Source: Callorhinchus milii | Taxonomy: Eukaryota | Assembly: GCF_018977255.1 (NCBI RefSeq) | Contig: NW_024704743.1 | Span: 112,036,001 to 112,100,000 of the forward strand | Length of the DNA stretch: 64,000 bases | Direction: 5' to 3' | Shown here: in pieces, positions 10,769 to 24,424 of the stretch | Layout of the letters: each line of letters opens with the position of its first letter | Numbering within the stretch: the first letter of the stretch is position 1 | The notes under the pieces: model-generated | The model's input: the letters and a program-made list of their open reading frames with translations, nothing else | Told to the model about the DNA's origin: nothing | Database searches by the model: none | Position numbers and translations under genes: made by a program

Positions 10769-12612
10769 AATAATTCTTCCATTTTAAATTGGGAGGACAT
10801 CTCAAAGCGTTTCACAGAATTTTCCTGTTAAAGTAAACTGACTTTTTATGTTGCAGGTAAATTTGCAGGTACATTTCCTTTCCAAGATTCTGGTATGACT
10901 CATTGCTTCCCAGCTTTGCTCCTTCCTCTCCCGCCACTCCCTTCACGAACTCCTCCAATTGGGTTTCAGTGCCGCCCACAGCACAGAAACAGCTTTGGTC
11001 AAAGTGACAAATTACATTTTGTCAATCGGAGACTAGGGCTCCCTCTGCCTCCTCGTCCTTCATAACCTCCCTGCTGCCTTTGATACCATTAACCACTCAA
11101 TCCTCCTCCACCACCTCTCCTCTCACCTCAATCTTCATGTTCTATCCTTGAGTGGTTCAGATCCTACCTCTCACATCATCTCCACTTCATCTCCATAAAC
11201 GGTTTCTCCTCTAGTCCTCACACCTCATGTGGTGTTCCTCAGGGCTCTGTCTTCTTCAATATCTATATGCTCCCTCTTGGTGACATCATCCACAGATAAG
11301 GGGTCAACTTCCACATGTATGCAGTTGACACCCAACTCTATCTCTTCGCCTCCATCCTCAACTCTAGGACCATTGCTGTCCTAACAAAATGTCTGTCGGA
11401 CATCAAGTTCTGGATGAGAGCTAACTTTCTTCAGTTGAACGTCAACAAGACCGAGGCTCTCCTGATTGGCTCCCATCAGCACCTCCACACCTCAGGCGCT
11501 GACAGCATCACCATCCATGGTTGCACACTCCACCTTACTAAGTCAGTCTGGAACCTTGGCATCTTATTTGAACCTCAACTGTCCTTTCTACACCACATCT
11601 GTGCCATGACCCGCTCTGCCTTTCCCCACCTTCGCAACATCGCCCGGCTCCCCCACTGTCTCACACCGCAGACCACTGAGACCCTCATCTACGCATTCAT
11701 CACATCTAGACTTGACTATGCCATCTCCTTGCTTGTCGGCCTCCCCAACTCCCCCCTCCACAATCTGCAGATCATCCAGAACTCTGCAGCCCGTGTCCTC
11801 CCCTGCACCAGGATCCGTGACCCCATCAACCCCACCCTTTCCTTGCCTGGCTCCACTGGTTCCGCATATCCCAGAGGATAGAGTTCAAAATCCTCATCCT
11901 CACCTTCAAGGCCCTCCACGGCCTTACTCCTTCCTAACTCTGAGACCTGCTGATCCCATATCAACCTATTCGCTCCCTCTGCTCAGCAAGCTGTGGCCTG
12001 CTCCATGTTACTGACTCGGCCTGCCCACCATCAGCCTCTCTGCCTCCACCCTTTGGAACTCCATCCCACATTCCCTTCGTCTCGCTCCCTTCTTTGCCAC
12101 CCTCAAGGTGTGTCTCAAAACCTTCCTTTTCTACCGGGCCTTCGACCACCCTCCTACCCTCCCTGCCCTCCACTCTCCCCGATTCTGAACCTCAGCTTGG
12201 GTCCAAAACCCTGACTGTCCAGCGCCTTGGGATGTCCTCCCGACATGAAAGGCGCTACATAAATGTAATTTTGTATTTGTATATACGGCAATCAATTTGC
12301 ACACAGCAATGTCCCTTAAACAACCTTGAACTGAATGTCCAATTTTATCTGGGGAGTTTCTGGTCAGAACACTGGGAGAAACTACCATCTCTTTTTAAAT
12401 AGTGCCATGGGATCTTACCGTTGAACTGAGCAGGCAGACAGGACCCCGGTTTAATATCTTAGCTGAAGGACGGCACTTCCCACAAATTCAGGGCTCCCCC
12501 ACTTTATGCTGGAGTGTAATTCAAGTTTATGAGCTGGTTTGAAGTTTGAACGTGAGACTTCAACCCACGACTTTCTGATTCAGAGATGAGAGTGCTGTTA
12601 AGTGAGGCAGGC
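10769..12612 (-). mobile_element. Deu-domain SINE split by an L2 insertion (pieces about 10769-10862 and 12283-12612)
   Basis: The tail half left of the L2 and the head/Deu half right of it rejoin as ...TTGCAGGTAAA/TACGGCAATCAATTTGCACACAGC, collinear with other copies. Confidence 0.75.
10875..12282 (+). mobile_element. L2 LINE, 5'-truncated, about 1.4 kb, RT domain to 3' end, with frameshifts
   Basis: GFSAAHSTETALVKVT, AAFDTINH, GVPQGSV, HMYAVDTQLY, FLQLNVNKTE, SRLDY, QIIQNSAAR motifs. Ends in AGCGCCTTGGGATGTCCTCCCGACATGAAAGGCGCT and a TTGTAT tail. Confidence 0.97.
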
Positions 12613-13203
12613 ATTTTGTATCACTTGCGTTATGTGAATCAACAGAACACAAAAATGGAAGAAAAATAATTGTGTCTTGTTTTCCTTAATCTTTCCATTG
12701 GAAAGAAAATTAGAATACTATAGCACCCGCAAGTGCTCCAGCAGCATTCCCGATGGGTGGCTACTAGCAATGTAGATCATGTTTACTCAGGAATTCCCTA
12801 CAAACAATGTACATTCAGGAGACTTTAGCTGTGTTGAGATCACTTGTCCTAGCCAAGGCTTCACAACTCTGTGTTATGTCAATGAAGGAAACACTGCTGA
12901 CAATGCAGGAGCTTTAGTTTGCAAACAGTTAGCTCTACCTTCTAAGTCATACAATCACCACATTCGCTCACTAAATGTGGTGTTGAGTGTGGATGCACTG
13001 GAGCCCACAAAATATATACAGTCAATTCACTTTACAGTGTATCCTGTGAAATGCTTTGAAACATCTCAAAGAGGTGATTAGGTGCTTTATCAAGTGCAAG
13101 GATTATTATTATTATTAAGTCAATGAATGGTTAATTTTGCAGATGTGCCAGCTTTAGAGGGCCTCCACAGTTGATAGATGTCGCCATCTTCCCAGGGTTA
13201 TAG

Positions 13204-13578
13204 GTGCTTCACGGAATATACAGGGTCAAAGTGCTTCACAGAATATACTGTAAAGTGAATTGACTATATTTTGTGGGCAAAACACGGCAGCCAATTGCAC
13301 ACTGCAGTGATTCACAAACAGTCATGGATTAAGTGACCAAATTATTTAATTTTTTTCACTCATTCACTCACTCACTTATTTATTTATTTATTTATGAAGG
13401 GATTATTACCCCTGGAAAAGTGATCTGGAAATCAACTAACACTCGGGTTCCTACTTACTGCTAAGTAAACAGAGGCATGTAGAGTAAGGAAATTTGCCCA
13501 TTGTTTTGCCCTGCCCAGGAATTGAACCCTGATCTACTCGCTTGTGAGACGAGTGCTCTAACCATTGAGTTACAGGCC
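13204..13578 (-). mobile_element. SINE family A, long (older) form
   Basis: tRNA head plus the extra GCCTCTGTTTACTTAGCAGTAAGTAGGAACCC...GGGGTAATAAT segment. Internal (TCAC)n/(TTTA)n expansion at 13357-13395. Confidence 0.85.
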
Positions 13579-14536
13579 TGCATTTGTATAGTACCTTTCA
13601 AGTCGGGAGGATATCCAAGGTGCTGAATAATAATCCTTGCATTTGCACCTCATCACATTGTCGAGACGTCTCAAAGCGTTTCACAGGATTTACTGTAAAG
13701 TAAATTGGCTGTATAGTGCACCTGAGTACAGTACATCCTCAGTTACAAAGAAAAATCCCAATTCAAATGAGATGCTTTCAGCTTTACCTCACAGTGCTAG
13801 GGAAGGGGGAGTGTCAGATTGGTGCTGTCTCCTGTTGCTTCACTATGTGTGGTCGCCACTATCTGTTTTTTCTCTTACACATAAGCAGGAAACCATATTT
13901 TTTGTCTAGCAGGCCTGCACCGAAACTTCTGTACCTCTAAATCACAGGGCTGACCCCTCACAAATAACTCACATTACAAGCTTGCTATCTTTCAGGCAGG
14001 GTATGGTGGGCTTCCATAAATTATAACTAATGGTAAATAATCAAAAGGAATTCAAAGTGGCTAAAATGTAGATATTTGAATTCACTCAACTCATTCCAAA
14101 TCAATTCTGATAACACATGACTGTTTCAAACTCGCCTTGTCCGAAGAGGCTGGCTAATCCTAATATTAAGTTATTCCAGATTTAAAAAGATTAAACTGTA
14201 TTATACAACTGTTCCCTTTTATATGTGAAGTTGAGATAATTTATATGTGTCAGTTACATTTGGGAAAACATTTAGATGAAATCCTGGCTCAGCTGGAAGC
14301 ACTCTGGCCTTTGATTCAATGTCCCACATCAGGACTTTGAACTCACATAGTCTAGGCTAACACTCCAACCCAGAGTCAGGGTGTGATGCATCGTTGGAGG
14401 TACTTTCAGATCAGATGTTACACCAAGGTCCAATCCGTCTGTTCAAGTGGATGTTGAACATCCCATGGCACTGTTCGAAAAGAGAAAGGAATTTCTCCCG
14501 CTGTCCTGGCCAGCAATTGCCCAGATCAAACTGATC

Positions 14537-15351
14537 GACAACACCAACTTGCGCTTACATAGCGCCCTCCACCCAGGGTAGCATCTTAGAACACTTAACA
14601 ATGGTGGAGCCTGACTCCGAGTTGAGGTGGGTGGTGGGGAGGTGACCATAAGCACAGTCGAAAAGGAAGGTTTTCAGGCCGGACTTGAAAAAGGGGAGAG
14701 AGGGGGTAAGGCGGAAGGATTGAGGGAGAGTGTTCCAGAGGTTTGGAGCATAGTGGCTGAAGCGCGATCTCCAAATGATGGAGCGGAGGGTGCAAAGGAC
14801 AAGCAGGAGGCCGGTGCCAGCCGAGCGGAAGCACTGGATAGTGGATTGGGGATTGAGGAGGTCGGAGAGGTAGGAAGGTGCCAGGGAGTGAAGTGATTTG
14901 AACACGAGTGTGAGGATCTTGAACTCGATCCGTTTGGTGATAATAATAATAATAATAATAATCCTTGCATTTGATATAGCGCTTTTCATGTCGGGAGGAC
15001 GTCCCAAAGAGCTTCACAGAACACACTGTAAAGTGAATTGACTGTATATTTGTGGGCGAACGCGGCAGCCAATTGCGCACAGCAATGTCCCACAAACAGT
15101 CGTAGATTGTAAATGACCAATTTATTATTGGTTTTGGTTTTGGAGGGATTATTATTAGGTGTGTGGAGTAAGGAAACTTGCCCAAGGTTTCGCCCTCTGC
15201 CTGGAATTGAACTCAGGTCTCTCACTTGCAAAGCGAGTGCTCTAACCACTGAGCTACAGGACTCCAAATGGGGAGCGAGTGGAGCCAGAAATGGTGAGAT
15301 GGGGGATATGGAGTTTTGTCTAGTCAAATATGCACAGTTCTGCTGCCCGCG
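14537..15351 (-). mobile_element. L2 LINE 3' fragment (second subfamily), itself interrupted by a SINE
   Basis: KRIEFKILTLVFKSLHSLAPSYLSDLL...LWNTLP...FKSGLKTFLF. The upstream part resumes at 15267 (CTCCACTCGCTCCCCAT on the minus strand). Tail GCAAGTTGGTGTTGT. Confidence 0.92.
14941..15266 (-). mobile_element. Young SINE family A, short form
   Basis: Nearly identical to 3857-4180 and inserted inside the L2. Confidence 0.95.
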
Positions 15352-15689
15352 TTCACTTTATGGCTGTTTGTGGGACATTACTGTTTGCTTGCCTACAAAT
15401 CACAGTCAGTGTCACTTTGCAATAAATCCTGTGAAGAGCTTTGAGATGTCCTGACGTGAAAGCCGCTATACCAAACGCAAAAATTCTTATTAATATGGTG
15501 GTGAACACAACACTTACATTAGTGTAGGCTTGTTGTTGCTGTGCAACAATGGAACAGGGCATCATTTCACCGCACGACTTCACTGCTTCACTAGATACTG
15601 AACTTCACAACTCTAAACCACTGAGAAAGTAAATCAAGCATCCAACACTGCATTCAACAAGTGACTATGCCACTTTTGATACAATATAA

Positions 15690-15960
15690 GATAGTCACAG
15701 AGCGAAAGGAGAGCTTAGGGTGATTGTTCTCACACATTTCTTGTTGGGAAGTGGAATGTTCTTGTCAAGTCAGATGATGGAGGTAGAGTTCATTGTGGGG
15801 TTCAAGAAGGAAGTAGACGGGTATGTTTAAGATAAATGCTTGATGGTGTATAGGGATACGGCAGGCCAGTGGGAATGGATTATACCTTACTCTGAGAACC
15901 AGTGCAGACTTGATAAGCTGAATGGCCTCTTTCTGTGCTGTAAAGTTCAATAATTCTGTG
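15690..15960 (+). mobile_element. CR1 3' fragment, old
   Basis: TTCAAGAAGGAAGTAGAC...GCTGAATGGCCTCTTTCTGTGCTGT...ATTCTGTG, homologous to 44820-45068. Confidence 0.8.
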
Positions 15961-16712
15961 TACATGGGTTCACTGGTGGAAACTCAGTTACACCCAAGCC
16001 ACTTTTTCTGATCCGAGGCATCAATTTTGCTGCCGTTTTTCAGCCCCAATAAACCAGAAAATACCAGTAGTGTAAATATTCAATAAAACGTTTGATTTTT
16101 TACATCTCAGAAATGTTCATTTGCATATAAATGACACCACACCCTTTTAGCTGTTTAAATACATTATTTTCTTTTTCCAATGACAAAATTACAAAATAAA
16201 GGACTTTTTTTTAAAAAAAATTCAGATATTTGAGATGTGTACAATCATTTTATTCCACAGAGCAAGATGGTTGCCAACAGCTAAGCTGCCATTGTAAAGT
16301 GATACATTAGTTGAGATGTTATTTGAATGCATCAACATTGAAGTGAATTGGCTCTTACAGAGGGAGCTTTCACTTTTTCCTTGAAATAAATGCCTGTCAA
16401 AACCATTCTGCTGTTGTTTGTCATCCCACTGAAGTCTACAATTACTTACCATTATTACTTTGAAAAGTATAACGTGAATCTAAAGTGGAGTTCAGTATTA
16501 TCAAGCCATAGCGAAACAATCTTGTTTTTTTTAGCAATAAGCGTAAAATAGACTTCCCCTGAGTAAACGGGAGCAAAGCTGCCAACCAAGTAAAAGCTTG
16601 CATCCCTCTATCCTTTCTTTGAATGATGGCTCTTACAGAAGATACATGATGGAAAGTAATTTGAATTGAATGTGATTCAAACAGAACAAGAAATCTCAAT
16701 GTGATGTCTAAT

Positions 16713-17065
16713 CAAATCCTTGCATTTGATGTAGTGCCTCCTTGTGTAATCAAGATGTTTCAAAGCGCTTTACCAGATTTTACAGTGAAGTGTAGTTACT
16801 GTGTATTTTGTTGGCAAATGTGGCAGTCAAGTTGCATACAACAATGTCCCACAAACAGCCATGAAGTGAATGATCATTTTTTTCGGTGGGAATTTTAGCT
16901 GAGACACCAGGAGAAACTCTCTTCTCTTTTCAAATAATGCCATGGGATCTTTAACATCCACCTGATGTCCAGGCAGATGGGCCCTTGGTTTAATGTCTCA
17001 TGCCAAGCACGGCACCTCCAACCATTCAGCACTCCCCCAGCACGATACTGGAGTGTCAGCAGAGA
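16713..17065 (-). mobile_element. Deu-domain SINE, 5'-truncated
   Basis: Plus strand CCTTGCATTTGAT...CAATGTCCCACAAACAGCCATGAAG...GCCATGGGATCTTTAACATCCACCTGA...GGAGTGTCAGC. Confidence 0.85.
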
Positions 17066-17589
17066 TCAAAATTCCTCAAATAGAGTAATTTATCCTCCAG
17101 ATTCAAATGACCATTCACTTTATAGCTTTTTAATATGTGCAAATTGGGTGCTGTGTTTACAAAATACACAGTGGCTACACTTTACAGTAAATCCTGTTAA
17201 AAACCTCCTGACATGAAAGGGATTATATCAAATGCATGGATCATTATTGTTCTTTTAAAGTTCACATTGTGCTCAAATGGTACCTGAACAGTACCAAGTT
17301 GTGATTACTGTGACAGAGTTAAAGACACCACCCCCCCCACCCCACCTTTGTTGCTGGGTTGATATTAGACCTTGCCTGATGCTATTCAGACCAGTATAAG
17401 CCTGTACGTGTACCTTTTTGTAGCTGGAATCTTGCTAGTAATGGTCCACCATTTGCTATCAATGAGCATGTACTGAGATAACCCTCACAAATAGAGCTCC
17501 ACCGACAACTCTTATGTGTGGTTTCCACTGGATGATGTGCCTGCTTGAACACAATCCGAGACAATCCTTAAGCAGTCTTCAAGCTACCC

Positions 17590-17750
17590 TATTAGTGTGG
17601 TCCGTTTGTGGGATGTTGCTGTTCACAAATTGGCTGCTATGTTCACTGAGAAAATATGCAGTTTCTACGCAGTAAAATCCCGCAAAGCGCTTTGAGACTT
17701 TTCTATAATGTGATAAGGTGCCATATCAAAAGCAAGGATTATTAACTATT
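17590..17750 (+). mobile_element. SINE 3' fragment
   Basis: GTTTGTGGGATGTTGCTGTTCACAAATTGGCTGC...AAGCGCTTTGAGAC...GCAAGGATTATT. Confidence 0.75.
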
Positions 17751-18139
17751 ACTAATAAAATAAACCCACGGTCTGTGTACAGCACATTAAAAATAATCGG
17801 AGTCTCAGTTTCTGTTTCATCTATTGTTCATTGCTGCTTTTCAATTTTATTTAATATTTTGAGGACAACTTTCGTAATGCCGATAATTGAATAAATGATC
17901 AAAGTTAAGATACTGATAATACTAAAGACATAGAACTGATTACCTCACTAAAACAGGGGGGAGGAGGCAATGATTCTTGACATCAGTTAAAAATCTACTC
18001 GAGCATTTCTCCTTTGATCAATTCTATGAACAACAGCCTGTAATCTAATCCTTAATCTATTAAGGAAATCTGGCCTGCTATAGACTTCCTTCAACAGTTT
18101 ATGAATTTGGTTATGAAAGCATGACACTATTTGAAAGGG

Positions 18140-18350
18140 AAGGAAGTTTCTCAGAGTGTCCTGACTAACAGTCCTCCAGAAATAAAATGCTCATTCACTT
18201 CATGGCTGTTAGTGGGACACTGCTGTGCGCAAATTGACTGCCATGTTTGCCCAGAAATACAGTCACTACACTTTATATAAATCCTGCGAAGTGCTTTGAG
18301 ATATTCGAGGATATGATAAAGTGCTATACTAATTGCAAGGATTATTATAT
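18140..18350 (+). mobile_element. Deu-domain SINE 3' half
   Basis: GTGTCCTGAC...CATTCACTTCATGGCTGTTAGTGGGACACTGCTGTGCGCAAATTGAC...GCAAGGATTATT. Confidence 0.8.
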
Positions 18351-19399
18351 TGAAATGGACTCAGTGATCAGCATCAACTGGGATTCATAGCTACATATGT
18401 TCATGCACTTTAAAGAATTCATCAAACGTATACTTTGATTGCTATTTAACTGTCAAGTCAATATCTTTTGGCATACATAAAGGATTTGACAATTTGCCAA
18501 GGGGACATTCAAAGGGAAAAGTCTTCAGGTGTGAGAACCAGGGGCAAGGCAGAGGAATTGAGCAGGGAGTTTCAGAGGGTAAGGGCATAATGGCTGAAAG
18601 GACATCTCAAAGTGTTTCACAAGATTTGTTTTATTGTTGCAACAGTTATCACTGTGTATTTTGTCAGCAGATATTTTTGGGAATTGTTGGCCAGGACACC
18701 AGGAGAAACTCTTTTTGAATATTGACGTGGGATCTTTAACATCTGTCTGCACAGCAGATGGGATGTCAGTATTGGAATGGCAGTCTGGTCTATGAGCTCA
18801 GTCTTAATGTGAACCCACAACCTTAACTGCAGAAATCAAAATGTGACACCGTCACCAAATATCCATGCTTTCTGAATCAAAAGAGCATTTTGGGGGGCCT
18901 TTCTAATGATATAGTTTTTCTGCAGTCTATGGTCCTTGCAATTGTCAGTAATTATCTGTGAAGATGCCCTTTGAGATGTTCCTACATTATAGGCACTCTG
19001 GTGTATGCAATGTTTATTATTTTTACTAACAACACTGTTCAGAGGATTCATTCAACTTTGGTCAACTGCTTTGATCTGAAGGAGGGTGCTCATTCTGAAT
19101 GAGAAGGTGCTGCAATTTATCCTTGTTACATTTGTCAAGGTGAAATGCTACAGCTGGAGAAATGTCTAGAAACCAAGCAGGTCATGATTCCATAGTTGGA
19201 ATAAAGTGATCCAAGGAAGTTAGGAAGGAACATATACTGATATCAGTGGTTAGGTATTTAAAATCTTCCTTTCAGCAACAGAGGAGGAATGCATTCCAGA
19301 TTTCAAAGAAAATGCAATCAACTAGAAATGCACTCACTTTGTAACTCTATTCATTTCTAGTCAGATGGGGGCCTCACATTGTTCTATTGTTTTTAATAT

Positions 19400-19655
19400 T
19401 CACAAGATTACAAGATTGGTTCAGAAGAAGACAGCTTTTGGTCTACCTAATCTGATCCTTCCAGAATACATATCCTACCATCTTTCCATAACAACATCAA
19501 GCTTATTTTGTCCTGACCTATTCCCCCACCTTTTCTGGCAACCTGTTCCAATCATTAATTACCCTATAGGAAAAGAAAAACTTCCTGATGTGTGTCCTGA
19601 ACTGAAATTATGTTTTGCAACTCTGAACCCACGCCTGCTTGTTCTACTGTCTTGG
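19400..19655 (-). mobile_element. Old CR1 3' fragment
   Basis: Homologous to 54304-54675. GGCAACCTGTTCCA...AAGAAAAACTTCCTGATG is antisense to the FF...WNRLP region. Confidence 0.65.
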
Positions 19656-22242
19656 TATACAAAGGTGGAGAAAAAGCAATAGCAGCTAAAATAGTGCATT
19701 AATGGTTCCATATATCACCTTTGTGGCCACACCTGCTCTTATTTGCTTGAATGTTCATGTTGGATTGAATTCAGCAAGCAAAATGAACATGATAACTGTC
19801 AAAAGTACGTCCACCCGTAGATATTAATGATGCTAGTTTGGTGCAGTGAGTAGCCATCAAGTTCAAACTAATATGTTCCCAGATCACTGCTTTCATGCAC
19901 CTGCATAAAACCCAAGGCAGAGGCTTGACAAATTCTCATGGTCTTAGCCTTAAGGCTAAGATTATGATTTGTTTACAGCCCTTCTACTGATATTGAAAAC
20001 TGTTGGCTCATAAATGAAACTCCTCTTATATCAGAAATGAACTGGGATAGGGTTGGACTCCATTTGGTCTTAGCACAATTCTAACTCGGATTAGTTGGAC
20101 CAAACTAGTCTGTCTGGGTGCTGTAACATTATGTATAATTTAGGCTAAACTATCAGGTGATTTGGTTTGTCTGACTGTGCAACCCAAAAGCGAAACTAGT
20201 GATAAAGGTATCTTCATGATGAGTTTAGTCAGGTCTACAGTGGAGGCACAGTTTTTGAGGATAATGTTCTCCTGTGCTTGGTGACCCTTCTGACAAGAAT
20301 CTGAAATATTCACAGTGGACATAAATCAGGCACTTTTATTCAGCGAGAGAAAGACCACTGATCACACTGAATAAAACAAGAGGAGTAAAATAGCTGCCCC
20401 ACCCAATCCCTTCAGTCATTTAATGCAATTGTCAGAGGAGTGAGGTGTGTTTCTTGCAAACAAGCCACTGCATTCTTATCTTTTTTTGAATAAACTATTT
20501 TTTTGATTTATTAGGTGGTTAAGACACTTGTTATATGCAGGCAACTTAAGGGATGTCTCTGTGCCAAGCCATCATTTATTATTAATGTGCATGTAACCCT
20601 GAGGGACATAAACTGGATACGAATCTGTTTCAAACCTCATCCTTCTGATGTACAGTAGAGAGGAGCCCCGTGAACTGACGAACAACCTATGAAAACAAGA
20701 TCTAAACATGCTTTTCATAGCTGCCATAATGTATGATCACATCTAGAGGCATGACAGAAAAACTGCACTCCTAACTATTTTTTTGCCCAATTTGTAAACT
20801 AAAGCACACATGTCTGCTGGTTGGTAAACATGAATAAGATCAGAGGGTAAGGTACGTTTACATTGGGATTCTCCCCCACCCCCACCATTATACCTGCAGG
20901 CTGGCAAGATTGGCAAGGTAACTTTACCAACTTGGAATGCAAATTATTTCACCCTCGATGGATTAATACTGCGGGAAAGCTATCTGGTCCTTTTCCCTCA
21001 ATAACTAAAATACCCTATAATTCCACTCTTAGAGCCAATTTACCTGTTACTTTTAAGAATAAATTAGATGCAAGTAAATGGAGTGCAATGCCTGGAGTGC
21101 AATGCACCAATGGATAACCCATCTGCACTTGAAAGTTTGCATTATTATCATTCAATACTAAAAACCTTGAGTGAAAAGCAAGGGAAGAAAATAGTTTAAT
21201 TTGATAAAACTTCACAGAGGCTACTTAGGAGGAATTCTTGCAACACAGAAGTCTATTGTGGTTTCCTGAACTATTGTCCATAAGCTATTGCCCAGTATGT
21301 CTTTAGTTGTGTGCCAATACTTTTCCTTTGAATATGGGAGCAATTAGATCCATGTGGAATCCCTGCTGCACTGTGTTCACTCTTGACTCATAGCTTGTTC
21401 ATTGAAATTACATAATTCTACCATTATCACATCTTTTATAGTTCTGATCATATTGTTGCTAACATTTCTTTTCTTGCTGTGTCTTTACCTGTCTCCTGAT
21501 TTTAGAGCTTTTAACTATTCATTTTTCATACCTGCATTGTTATTGGTGGCTATTTGGCTGCTTACACTATCAAAAACACATTTCTATAAAAGTTGACCTT
21601 GATGCTGTGGGAGGGGGATGTGTGTATTTTGTTCTTGTTGGTATATGTGGAAGTGAATTAGGGTTAATCTCTACCAAAGGTACTAAGAAGTTAGCACATT
21701 TTACTGTACGTCGTAAACACAGACTGACTTCAGTCTGTTCAGCCCCTGTTGAGAGTTGGAAACAGCAGGGTCCTCACAGATACTTCTGTTCTCCTGCTGC
21801 ACTGGTCTATTAGAACAAATGTTCCACAGCGGCAGCTTGGCATGAGATTGTGAGACATTAATCAGCAAGTAAGAATATGTGAGAATCTCACACATTATAG
21901 ATAACATTTGACAATATACCCATATGTGAGGGTGAGAGGCAGCATAATCATAATAATAGCTTAAAACAGCCTAAAGCCATTGAGAAATATTTATTTTAAC
22001 CCAACCAGATATTGACTGCTGCCCCAAATTGTCCTTTATTTCCTGGAAAATTAAATACTGGAATGTGTGACCCCACCCAACTATGCTACCATCTCACCCA
22101 CCATATTATGTGTGGGACCCTACAATTTCTGACCTGCCTACAGCCCAAAGTGGCATATGATATGTTAACTGTATGTGACCAGCACTCCCTGTCCCTCCGC
22201 ACTCTCTTTGATCTCTCCATACCCTGATAGTTTTTTCCCTTT

Positions 22243-22377
22243 CAAAACACAAAATACTGCAGATGCTGGAATCTGAAACAAAACCAGAGAGAGCTGGGAA
22301 AACTCAGCAGGTCAGGCAGCATCTATGGAGAAAGGAAAGTGAGTCAACCTTTCGGATCCACAACCCTTTGTCAGAAC
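22243..22377 (-). mobile_element. Short Penelope-type element with degenerate hammerhead motif
   Basis: AAAATACTGCAGATGCTGGAATCTG...AAAACTCAGCAGGTCAGGCAGCATCTATGGAGAAAGGAAAGTGAGTCAAC is shared with 10495-10624. Minus strand CTGACAAAGGGTTGTGGATCCGAAAGGTTGAC. Confidence 0.75.
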
Positions 22378-22725
22378 AGATTTCCTTTTATTTGATTCCC
22401 TCTTTGATCCATGGTAAAGTGTTCACAATACTTTTTCTCTCCTTTATTTTCATTCCCTTGCCCACACAGTTCTCTTGATCCTCCCCCATTATTTGTCTTT
22501 GGTGACACTAACTACAAGCACAGGGTCAGTTCCCACAGGTCATCCAAGCCAATGTCATCCAGCTCTACCTATTCATAACTCACCTAGATTCCAAGACTGC
22601 TGCTCTACTGATTAGCATCAAGTCATGGACGAGTCTTGCTTTCTTCAGCTAAGCTGAAGTCTTGTTCAGTTCTCACTAGTGCCTTCTTGTTTCAGGCTCC
22701 CTACATATATTCTTGCTGTCCTGCT

Positions 22726-23052
22726 TAATAATAATAATAATAATTCTTGCATTTGATATAGCGCTTTTCACGTCGGGAGGACGTCCCAAAGCGCTTCACA
22801 GAACACACTGTAAAGTGAATTGACTGTATATTTGTGGGCGAACGCGGCAGCCAATTGCGCACAGCAATGTCCCACAAACAGTCGTAGATTGAAAATGACC
22901 AATTTAATTATTGTTTTTGGTTTTGGAGGGATTATTATTAGGCTCTGTGTGGAGTAAGGAAACTTGCCCAAGGTTTCGCCCTCTGCCTGGAATTGAACTC
23001 AGGTCTCTCACTTGCAAAGCGAGTGCTCTAACCACTGAGCTACAGGACTCCA
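22726..23052 (-). mobile_element. Young SINE family A, short form
   Basis: Nearly identical to 37116-37437. CpGs in the tail stem are intact. Confidence 0.95.
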
Positions 23053-23989
23053 CCCGACTTGACCCGACTGTGCAATCTTAGTCCATTGCTAAGATTTGTT
23101 CCCCCATTTATGGATCATCATCATTTACCCTTTGCCTCATCCCATCTGCTGCTCATATTCTCAGCTTTGCTTTTATCACCTCAAAGATGGACTTTGTCAA
23201 TACTGGTCAACCACATTCTCTCCTGAACCAGATTCCAGACACCCATAACTCCCATCTATGCCATGCTTCAATGATACCCCAGCAGATCTGGTTTAAGATT
23301 GTTTCTTCCTCCTTGATGTCACCCCTCATGACCCAAGAAAATTTGAGCTGTTGCAGGTTCTTCAATTTCTCGATTCCACCATTGATAACCAAGAGTTTCT
23401 TCCCTCCCACCCTCCTCCTCCCCGTCTGCAAAACATACAGAAAATAAGAGGAGAGAAACAAAAATTTGCCCACAAAGTGCACACAATCTCATCACTTTGC
23501 AGTATATCAAGATATCTCGATGATGAGATAAGGCACTTTATCAAATACAAGGATTATTATTAACATAAAACGAACATGCAATCCTCCTACTCAATGGAAA
23601 CTTTCAATAAGGATATTTTTTTCCTGCTCTCAATTGTTACCGTAATGAGTCAGAAATTAAAATGAAATATTGCTGAAAAATCTTCAAAGTCACTAGGGCA
23701 CTATCAAAGTTCCACCTCAAAAAAATTATAAATTCAAAGAGATCACAGCCACTTGTACATGTCAGCATCATTAATGACCCCAATTTGCCTGTTTGTTTAC
23801 CAACATTAATTTCTTGCTTGGAAGCATGGAATCCCAAATGAAATGAGAGCTTCAAATTGCTTAATGTCAATCTGGGAGAGTTCCTGATTTAATACATTCA
23901 CTGACACAAATTTAATGATGCTAATGAGGCCATTAAGCTATATCTGGGACACCAGTGTTTTATATCAAATTTGGCCAAGATCACTTTTT

Positions 23990-24380
23990 CTTATATGCTA
24001 AAATTTGTAGATGACATTGAGCTACTTGGATAGATGACGATATGTAAGTAGGGTGAACAGCATTCAAATATATCAAGCCCAACTGAGTGGAAGGCTAAGT
24101 TGTGACAGTTGGATTCACAGTCATGCAATTCATCTAAGTATCAGAAACCGTTAACATGAAGAGATGTCCTTTAGCAGAGGTGAAGAAGGAAAATGATTTG
24201 GGTGTGATTATTGATATTGATGAGTCACTGAAGGTTTCTAGTCAGTGTGGAGCTGTTCACAATGCAAGACAATTACTGAATTGGTTCTTATAGGATTGCA
24301 TATCAATTGAAAGTCATTAATCCACTTTTATATAAAGTATTGCTTAGGGTACATTTGGAATAATGCACCTTGTTTTGGAC
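23990..24380 (+). mobile_element. Highly decayed CR1 RT fragment
   Basis: KFVDDIEL (FADD box), NDLGVII and LYKVLLRVHLE*CTLFW motifs in broken frames. Confidence 0.65.
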
Positions 24381-24424
24381 AAGATAACTTCAAAATTACA
24401 ACAGCCAACAACTTGCATTACAAC

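Larger units (their letters stand above)
14283..15494 (+). mobile_element. Deu-domain SINE split by L2 (pieces 14283-14536 and 15352-15494)
   Basis: ...GTCCTGGCCAGCAATTGCCCAGATCAAACTGATC / TTCACTTTATGGCTGTTTGTGGGACATT... rejoin collinearly. Confidence 0.85.

Noticed and set aside
14555..15185. 150-aa and 196-aa ORFs with poly-Ile or poly-Tyr runs
   Set aside because: These are read-through of a SINE (ATT)n tail into the L2 it inserted into, a nesting artefact rather than a fusion gene.
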